From: an uncultured Alphaproteobacteria bacterium
Lineage (GTDB): Bacteria; Pseudomonadota; Alphaproteobacteria; Methylaequorales; Methylaequoraceae
Length of the DNA stretch: 64,000 nucleotides
Direction: 5' to 3'
Assembly (NCBI GenBank): GCA_902524895.1
Contig: CABZFH010000001.1
Coordinates: 186,876-250,875, forward strand
In this document: positions 57,934 to 64,000 of the stretch, in pieces
Layout of the letters: each line of letters begins with the position of its first letter
How positions within the stretch are numbered: position 1 is the stretch's first letter
Made by a program: the position numbers and the translations under genes
The notes under the pieces: generated by a model
Database searches by the model: none
Told to the model about the DNA's origin: nothing
The model's input: the letters and a program-made list of their open reading frames with translations, nothing else

Positions 57934-59928
57934 CTATGCAGAAGTGCCAGTGGTTTTGTCATTATCATCAACATTTTTTTTCTTATCAGTTACATCTTCA
58001 AAGTCAGCATCAACTACTTTCGAATCTTTTTCATTCGTTTTTGTTTTTGATTTAGGTTTGCTAGACTTGGATTTTGGAGACTGTTTTTTATCATCAGCCT
58101 CTTTTTGAGCTTTATCTTGAGCTTCTTTATATAAAATTTCTCCTAATTTCATAGAACATTGAATTAAAGCCTCAGTCTTTTCCTTCAAAACTTTTGTATC
58201 AACTTTTTCATCTTTTAACAGAGTTTTAAGTTCTTCTAACCCCTTATTTATGGTGTCTTTGTCTTGTTTTTCGAGTTTTTCTCCATGTTCTTTTAGACTT
58301 TTTTCAGTACTTACTACAATTGAGTCTGCATTATTCCTGGCTTCAATTGCTTCAATTTTTTCTTTGTCAGCTTCAGCATTAGCTTCAGCATCTTTGACCA
58401 TCTTCTCTATTTCTTCATCAGACAATCCCCCAGAAGCTTTAATCTGAATTTGATGCTCTTTTCCAGTTGCTTTATCCTTAGCAGACACCTTTACAATTCC
58501 ATTTGCATCAATATCAAAAGTAACCTCGATCTGAGGGGTTCCTTTAGCAGCTGGCGGAATACCAACTAAGTCAAATTGACCTAACAACTTGTTATCTGCA
58601 GCAAGTTGTCTTTCTCCCTGAAATACTCGAATTGTTACAGCAGATTGGTTATCTTCTGCTGTTGAAAATACCTGGCTTTTATTAGTCGGGACTGTTGTAT
58701 TTTTTTCTATTAATTTAGTGAAGACACCCCCTAACGTTTCTATTCCTAAAGATAAAGGTGTTACATCGAGAAGTAAAACATCTTTAACATCACCTGATAG
58801 AACTCCACCTTGCACAGCTGCTCCAAGAGCCACCACTTCATCAGGGTTAACACTTCTGTTAGGATCTCTTCCAAAAAAGTTTTTAACGGTTTCAATAACT
58901 TTTGGCATTCTTGTCATTCCACCTACTAGAATTACATCGTTAATCTCTCCCGCGCTAAGTCCAGAGTCTTTAAGTGCTTGCTTGCAAGGCTCTATAGATC
59001 TATCAATGAGTTTAGAAACAAGTGCTTCGAATTTCGATCTGGATAATTTGATATTTAAATGTTTGGGGCCTGAGGCGTCTGCTGTTATAAAAGGCAAATT
59101 TACTTCGGTTTGAGGAGCTGTAGACAATTCAATTTTTGCCTTTTCTGCAGCCTCTTTCAACCTTTGAAGTGCCAATTTATCGTTCTTTAAATCAATAGAT
59201 TGCTCTTTTTTAAATTCTTCAGCGAAGTAATCAATAAGCACATTATCGAAGTCTTCTCCACCTAGTTGAGTGTCTCCATTAGTAGCTTTTACTTCAAATA
59301 CTCCATCACCAATTTCAAGTATGGATATATCAAATGTACCTCCACCTAAATCGTATACAGCGACAGTACCAGACTTTTTCTTATCTAAACCATATGCAAG
59401 AGCTGCCGCAGTAGGTTCGTTTATAATTCTTTTAACATCTAATCCTGCAATTTTTCCCGCATCTTTAGTTGCTTGACGTTGAGCGTCATTAAAATATGCT
59501 GGCACAGTTATTACTGCTTCTTTAACAGATTTACCTAAATATTTTTCTGCTGTTTCTTTCATTTTTTGCAAGATCATTGCACTAATTTGACTGGGTGAAT
59601 ATTTTTCATTGTCTATGCCAACCCATGCATCTTTATTATCACCAGGTATAATTTTATAAGGAATAGTTTTAGAATCTTTCTGAACAGACTCATCTTCCAT
59701 TGTTCTACCTATCAATCTTTTAACGGCAAAAACTGTTTTTTCTGGATTGGTTACTGATTGTCTTTTAGCAGATTGGCCAACTAATTTTTCATCGCTATCA
59801 GTAAAGGCAACCATTGAGGGCGTGGTTCTTGATCCTTCTACATTTTCAATTACTTTAGGGGTTTTCCCATCCATGATGGCTACACAAGAGTTAGTGGTAC
59901 CCAAATCTATTCCTATGATTGAACTCAT
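57934..59928 (-). CDS. dnaK: Molecular chaperone DnaK (Hsp70)
   Basis: 664 aa from ATG 59928 ([14 protein letters not shown]), preceded by AAGGAG. The track start 59976 adds 16 non-homologous residues. Lys/Ser-rich insertion near the C-terminus. Confidence 0.97.
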   Translation of the reverse strand: MSSIIGIDLGTTNSCVAIMDGKTPKVIENVEGSRTTPSMVAFTDSDEKLVGQSAKRQSVTNPEKTVFAVKRLIGRTMEDESVQKDSKTIPYKIIPGDNKDAWVGIDNEKYSPSQISAMILQKMKETAEKYLGKSVKEAVITVPAYFNDAQRQATKDAGKIAGLDVKRIINEPTAAALAYGLDKKKSGTVAVYDLGGGTFDISILEIGDGVFEVKATNGDTQLGGEDFDNVLIDYFAEEFKKEQSIDLKNDKLALQRLKEAAEKAKIELSTAPQTEVNLPFITADASGPKHLNIKLSRSKFEALVSKLIDRSIEPCKQALKDSGLSAGEINDVILVGGMTRMPKVIETVKNFFGRDPNRSVNPDEVVALGAAVQGGVLSGDVKDVLLLDVTPLSLGIETLGGVFTKLIEKNTTVPTNKSQVFSTAEDNQSAVTIRVFQGERQLAADNKLLGQFDLVGIPPAAKGTPQIEVTFDIDANGIVKVSAKDKATGKEHQIQIKASGGLSDEEIEKMVKDAEANAEADKEKIEAIEARNNADSIVVSTEKSLKEHGEKLEKQDKDTINKGLEELKTLLKDEKVDTKVLKEKTEALIQCSMKLGEILYKEAQDKAQKEADDKKQSPKSKSSKPKSKTKTNEKDSKVVDADFEDVTDKKKNVDDNDKTTGTSA

Positions 59929-59965
59929 TTTTTCTCCTTTTCTTCCTAATATTGGACAGAAATAC

Positions 59966-59989
59966 ATATGGCCCATAATGGCACCATAT
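59966..59989 (-). promoter_or_regulatory. GC-enriched imperfect palindrome in dnaK leader (candidate operator or RNA hairpin)
   Basis: ATATGG-C-CCAT-A-ATGG-CA-CCATAT (plus-strand reading). It lies between a plausible sigma70-type promoter (TTGCTT 60037-60032, N18, TATAAA 60013-60008, minus strand) and the dnaK SD/ATG. Confidence 0.35.
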
Positions 59990-60046
59990 AGTATTGTTGT
60001 TATTTACTTTATATTATATTGATAAGATAAAAAGCAAGATAAATTA

Positions 60047-60679
60047 TTACTTTTTTTTGTCTTGAGAATTCGGTTTTTCAACCGCACTACCGTTTTTCGT
60101 TATCTTTTTCTCTTTACCTTTCGATACTACTACCATTGCTGGTCTTAGTAATCTTTCCCCAACTTTAAAACCTTTTTGATGTTCTTCAACAATAAATCCT
60201 TCTTCGGTATCGCTGAAAACTTGGGAAACTGCCTGATGTAACTCCGGACTAAATTTTGTATTTAGTGATGAAAATTTTTGAATACCGTTCTTTTCAAAAA
60301 CATCATAAAATTCTTTTTCAATAGCTCTAATCCCTATTACTAAATTTTTTAATATTAAATTATCTTCTGGTAAATCTTTTGGGACAAATTGAATTGCTCT
60401 TTCAAAATTATCTGCAATTGATAACAATGAAAAAGCAAAATTACTGATGGCATATTTCCTCAAATCATTCATTTCTTTATCATGTCTTTTTCTAAGATTT
60501 TCAGTTTCTGCCAAACTTCTTAATAATCTATCCTCATTTTCTTTTAATTTAACCTTTAAATCATTTAAAATTGAATTATCGTCTATCTTTTGCTTTTCTC
60601 CCTCGTTTAATTTGTCTTTTTTATTTATATCTTGCTTAGAGGTTTTATTTTGTTCGTCTGTGTTTTCTTTTTTTTCCAT
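60047..60679 (-). CDS. grpE: Nucleotide exchange factor GrpE
   Basis: 210 aa. Charged N-terminus, long helix (RSLAETENLRKR), C-terminal beta domain (GERLLRPAMVVVS). Confidence 0.94.
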   Translation of the reverse strand: MEKKENTDEQNKTSKQDINKKDKLNEGEKQKIDDNSILNDLKVKLKENEDRLLRSLAETENLRKRHDKEMNDLRKYAISNFAFSLLSIADNFERAIQFVPKDLPEDNLILKNLVIGIRAIEKEFYDVFEKNGIQKFSSLNTKFSPELHQAVSQVFSDTEEGFIVEEHQKGFKVGERLLRPAMVVVSKGKEKKITKNGSAVEKPNSQDKKK

Positions 60680-60693
60680 ATTTTTCTCCAGTA

Positions 60694-61776
60694 TTAAATT
60701 TCAAAACTTTCTCCTAAAAGTTTTGCTGTGTAATCAACAACAGGTATTATTTTGGCATAATTAATTCTCATAGGTCCAACTACCCCTATTGCCCCAATTA
60801 TCTCTTTATTTTTGTTTCTAAAAGGGCTAATAATTGTTGAACATCCAGTCATTCCAAATAAATTATTTTCTGATCCAATAAATATCTGTAAACCTTCAGC
60901 CTCTTGTGTTTCCTTAATAATTCCTATCAAGTTTTCTTTATTTTCAAGTCTTTCAATTAAAATACGAATATTTTCTAACTGTTCTAAAGCGGTAACGTCT
61001 TCTAAGAGTTTTGATGTTCCTGTGATTATTAGTTTATTTTTCTTGCTCACATCTGCCCAACAAGCAATCCCTTGATCAATTAAACTTTTTGAAACATTAT
61101 CTATATCTTCCTTATGCGTTTTAATTTCATCGTCAATTATTTTCTGACTCTCGGACAAAGACCTTCCTTTTAGGACTGAATTTAAATAATTACTGATTTC
61201 AATTAATGTTGAACTTGGCAAACCTCTAGGTACTTTGATTAATCTATTTTCTATTAAACCATTTTCTGAAACCATTATTACTAAAGCTTGTTCTTTACCA
61301 ACTGGAACAAATTCAATATGCTTCATTCCCCCCTCCAACTTTGGTGCCACCACTAAACCAGCGCAATCAGATAAACCTGATAACATATGAATTGCATTAT
61401 CATACATCTGTTCAAAATTTGTAGGGCTCCCAAGAAAATTTTTTTTTATTTTAGAACATTCATTCTTTGACAGCTTTCCTACTTGAAGCAATCCGTCCAC
61501 AAAAAATTTCATACCTAAATCAGTAGGATATCTTCCTGCAGAAGAATGCGAAGAAGTTAAAAGACCGGCATCCTGAAGATCTGACATCACATTTCTGACA
61601 GACGCTGGTGACAATTTTTCGTCAAGTCTACTTGATAACTTTCTCGAACCAACCGGTTCTCCTGTTGTAACATAATCATCGACGATTAAACTAAAGATTT
61701 CTTTAGATCTTTTATCTAATTCTATAATTGGTGAAAATTTATTTTTTATAACACTTTTAATCTTATCTGTTGTCAT
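60694..61776 (-). CDS. hrcA: Heat-inducible transcription repressor HrcA
   Basis: 360 aa. N-terminal winged helix (PVGSRKLS, SPASVRNVMSDLQDAGLL), HrcA C-domain. Confidence 0.92.
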   Translation of the reverse strand: MTTDKIKSVIKNKFSPIIELDKRSKEIFSLIVDDYVTTGEPVGSRKLSSRLDEKLSPASVRNVMSDLQDAGLLTSSHSSAGRYPTDLGMKFFVDGLLQVGKLSKNECSKIKKNFLGSPTNFEQMYDNAIHMLSGLSDCAGLVVAPKLEGGMKHIEFVPVGKEQALVIMVSENGLIENRLIKVPRGLPSSTLIEISNYLNSVLKGRSLSESQKIIDDEIKTHKEDIDNVSKSLIDQGIACWADVSKKNKLIITGTSKLLEDVTALEQLENIRILIERLENKENLIGIIKETQEAEGLQIFIGSENNLFGMTGCSTIISPFRNKNKEIIGAIGVVGPMRINYAKIIPVVDYTAKLLGESFEI

Positions 61777-61829
61777 AAACTTTACTTTATAATTAAAAAG
61801 TTTAAAAATAATACATTAATATTTTATAT

Positions 61830-62549
61830 ATGAGAAATTTCAACAGAAAATATAATGAATTACGAAAAATAAATATTATTAAAGATTTTAATGAATTTTC
61901 TGATGGATCTTGCCTAATTTCATTTGGACGAACAAAGGTATTATGTAATGCAACCATCGAAAGTAGTGTCCCAGCATGGTTAAAAGGACAAAATAAAGGA
62001 TGGGTAACAGCAGAGTACTCAATGCTTCCGGGGTCTACAAACGTTAGAAATCAAAGAGAGTCACAACTTGGGAAAAGATCAGGTAGATCAATAGAGATAG
62101 AAAGGCTTATTGGTAGATCTTTAAGATCAATCACAAATTTAGAAAAAATACCTGGCATACAAATAATTTTAGATTGCGATGTCTTGCAGGCTGATGGAGG
62201 CACAAGAACAACAAGTATTAATGGGGCATTTATAGCTTTAAGTTTAGCAATAAAGAAAGGTATAAAAAACAAAATTATTTGTAAAAATCCTATAAAACAA
62301 AAAATTGCAGCAATTTCTTGTGGTTTAGTAAAAAAAAGATTTTTGTTGGATTTAGATTTTAAAGAAGATCAAAATACAATTGCTGATGCAAATTTTATTT
62401 TATCAGAAAGAAAAGAAATAATTGAGATTCAGCTTTCAGGTGAAAAAAGACCTCTATCAAAAAGTGAATTCGAAACGATGTTTGATCTTGCTGAAAAAGG
62501 AATTACCCAAATAATTGATTTACAAACTAAGCTTATTCATGACTCATAG
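61830..62549 (+). CDS. rph: Ribonuclease PH
   Basis: 239 aa. Motifs GSCLISFG.TKVLC, GRS.EI.RLIGRSLR, DCDVLQADGGTRT. Confidence 0.96.
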   Translation: MRNFNRKYNELRKINIIKDFNEFSDGSCLISFGRTKVLCNATIESSVPAWLKGQNKGWVTAEYSMLPGSTNVRNQRESQLGKRSGRSIEIERLIGRSLRSITNLEKIPGIQIILDCDVLQADGGTRTTSINGAFIALSLAIKKGIKNKIICKNPIKQKIAAISCGLVKKRFLLDLDFKEDQNTIADANFILSERKEIIEIQLSGEKRPLSKSEFETMFDLAEKGITQIIDLQTKLIHDS

Positions 62550-63144
62550 AATATCGAAAAAAGAAAAAATTTTAATAGCCACACATAACTACGGTAAAGC
62601 TGAAGAATTCAGAAAACTTTTTCAACCTTACAACATAAAAACTTTTCTTTCGAGCGATTTTGGAATTGAAGAGCCTGAGGAAACAGGTCTGAGTTTTCAA
62701 GAAAATTCGAAATTAAAAGCAAAAAGTGGCCTAAGTTCCGGTCTTACTGTGATTTCTGATGATTCTGGTTTGTGTGTTTCTGCTTTGAATGGCGAACCCG
62801 GAATTTTTTCTGCACGACTTGCAAAGAAATGTGGAGGTTGGTTGGAAGCAATGCATAATATATATACAAGAATTCTAGATACGCATACAAATGACTTTTC
62901 AGCCAAATATTTTTGCTGTTTAACAATCGCATGGCAAGACGGGTTTATGAGATCTTATTTGGGTGAGATTAAAGGAATAATAAAATGGCCACCTGTTGGT
63001 GAAAATGGGTTTGGATATGATCCCTTTTTTTACCCAAAAGGATCAAGTGTTAGTTTTGGTCAAATGCAAAAAACAAAGAAAATGACTGTCGATCATAGAT
63101 CTATAGCTTTCAAAAAAATAATCAATAATTATTACAAAGACTAA
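62539..63144 (+). CDS. rdgB: dITP/XTP pyrophosphatase (RdgB/HAM1 family)
   Basis: Motifs IATHN.GK..EF, DDSGLCV.ALNG.PG..SAR, GFGYDPFF. I prefer ATG 62539 (11-nt overlap with rph) over the track's 62515. Confidence 0.9.
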   Translation: MTHRISKKEKILIATHNYGKAEEFRKLFQPYNIKTFLSSDFGIEEPEETGLSFQENSKLKAKSGLSSGLTVISDDSGLCVSALNGEPGIFSARLAKKCGGWLEAMHNIYTRILDTHTNDFSAKYFCCLTIAWQDGFMRSYLGEIKGIIKWPPVGENGFGYDPFFYPKGSSVSFGQMQKTKKMTVDHRSIAFKKIINNYYKD

Positions 63145-64000
63145 ATGTTTTGAATTGAACAGGTGTAGTTTTGTCTGATTAACCCATTATTGAACTTGTT
63201 GATAAAGATCTTTCTTTCAAAAGAACCTCTTTCTGTTATTTTTAAAGATCCAAAATCTCCATTATAAACTGTATTTGTGATATTTTGCACTTCATCTAAG
63301 TATTTAAAATTATAAATCAAAAAGTTTATTAAGTCTGCCAAAATATAATTAAGATTATTTGGATATGATTTAAACAGTTCAAAATATTTTTCCTTATATA
63401 TTTCCTTTTCATTTGATAGGCTTGAGGCATAAAAGGTATTATCTAAAACATCTTCGTCCGATAAATGGATTCCTTCCCAAATGTTAGTTCCATAAATATT
63501 TACATTTGAAGTATTGATGTCATAAAAGGCCAGAAGAGCTAATACTTCAATAAGAGTGCTTCCGCTTTGAGCTACAATTAGATTGTCGAATGGCTTATCT
63601 CCTAATGTTTCTAATTTTTCTAATTCTTTCAGTCTGTAAGCTAAATCTACTTCCTCAATGTCAAGCTTCTTTACATTTTCAATTTCTTTTTGTAATAGCC
63701 TTACACCTTCGTCATAACCGCTAAACTTACGAATCTCGTCGTCTAAATTTTTTAAATTTGATTTTTCTAGAAATAAAAAAGAAATATCGCCATTTTCCAA
63801 AGAATACTTTTTAATATTTTTCTTTACTAATTTTCCATACTTACCATCATCGTGTATAACCCCTATTTTTTTTCCCTCGTTCTCAGAAATTTTATTTAGT
63901 ATACATAATATTTCATTTTCAACGCTCATTCCTGAAATAAAAATATTTTCTGATTCATTTGTCTTGTCATTAGACAAACTAAAAATCGAGACTTCATTTT
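63141..64000 (-). CDS. Periplasmic-binding-protein-like protein, possibly penicillin-binding protein activator (LppC/LpoA-like); 5' end beyond window
   Basis: The reading frame remains open upstream of the track's TTG at 63977 to the window edge. The pattern IGVIHDDGKYGKLV...L resembles type-I PBP/LppC folds. Weak assignment. Confidence 0.35.
   Translation of the reverse strand, partial: NEVSIFSLSNDKTNESENIFISGMSVENEILCILNKISENEGKKIGVIHDDGKYGKLVKKNIKKYSLENGDISFLFLEKSNLKNLDDEIRKFSGYDEGVRLLQKEIENVKKLDIEEVDLAYRLKELEKLETLGDKPFDNLIVAQSGSTLIEVLALLAFYDINTSNVNIYGTNIWEGIHLSDEDVLDNTFYASSLSNEKEIYKEKYFELFKSYPNNLNYILADLINFLIYNFKYLDEVQNITNTVYNGDFGSLKITERGSFERKIFINKFNNGLIRQNYTCSIQNI

Noticed and set aside
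57934-58110. Lys/Ser/Pro-rich low-complexity insertion near the DnaK C-terminus ([24 protein letters not shown]) before the conserved VVDADFEDV tail.
   Set aside because: DnaK C-terminal tails are naturally variable and disordered. It is in frame with no repeat structure suggesting an element, so it is not evidence of a separate feature.
59929-59976. The 16-residue N-terminal extension of dnaK ([16 protein letters not shown]).
   Set aside because: Canonical DnaK begins at M-S[12 protein letters not shown]. A strong AAGGAG sits just upstream of ATG 59928. The extension overlaps the palindromic leader element.
61777-61829. Search for a CIRCE operator (TTAGCACTC-N9-GAGTGCTAA) upstream of hrcA and grpE.
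   Set aside because: No match or near-match exists in the 53-nt hrcA upstream spacer or the 14-nt hrcA-grpE gap.
1-64000. Scan for tRNA, rRNA, tmRNA, CRISPR repeats, IS elements, integrases and toxin-antitoxin pairs.
   Set aside because: Virtually all sequence is occupied by recognisable protein genes. I saw no GC-rich cloverleaf-like segments, no regularly spaced direct repeats and no transposase or integrase-like ORFs.

Overview
The window is very AT-rich (my line-by-line estimate is about 20-45% GC) and extremely gene-dense. Intergenic gaps are commonly 0-40 nt, and many start/stop codons overlap. Composition plus alphaproteobacterial synteny (nusA-infB-rbfA-truB-rpsO-pnp; fur-plsC-miaB-phoH-ybeY-corC-lnt; trpS-murJ-glnD-mutS; hrcA-grpE-dnaK-dnaJ) suggest a streamlined marine alphaproteobacterium of the SAR11/Pelagibacter type. 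That attribution is inference only; no search was run. I call about 60 protein genes and found no rRNA, tRNA, CRISPR array or mobile element. Most of the window is core housekeeping. The most interesting region is the phosphate-starvation locus (39.2-51.0 kb): phoR, an OprO/P-type porin, a GAPDH-like gene plus an ArsJ-like MFS permease (candidate arsenate detoxification pair), an orphan Fae homologue, and pstSCAB-phoU-phoB. E. coli-like 11-bp-phased Pho boxes sit upstream of pstS and the porin. The GAPDH-like gene looks damaged: it has an in-frame loss of about 27 codons and a 1-nt frameshift that hides a conserved C-terminus ending 1 nt before the permease start. A second candidate system is a translationally coupled cassette at 2.3-4.8 kb: a cluster-less Rrf2 regulator, CysK, a MoeB/ThiF E1-like enzyme and a DsrE-like protein, with no ubiquitin-like carrier visible. 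Further observations:
- a fur-olsB-olsA ornithine-lipid unit
- a small TusA-like ORF
- a GT2-GT9 fusion glycosyltransferase
- a 340-nt intergenic region, anomalous for this genome
- a palindrome in the dnaK leader
All functional calls come from motif and family recognition by eye and need HMM/BLAST confirmation.
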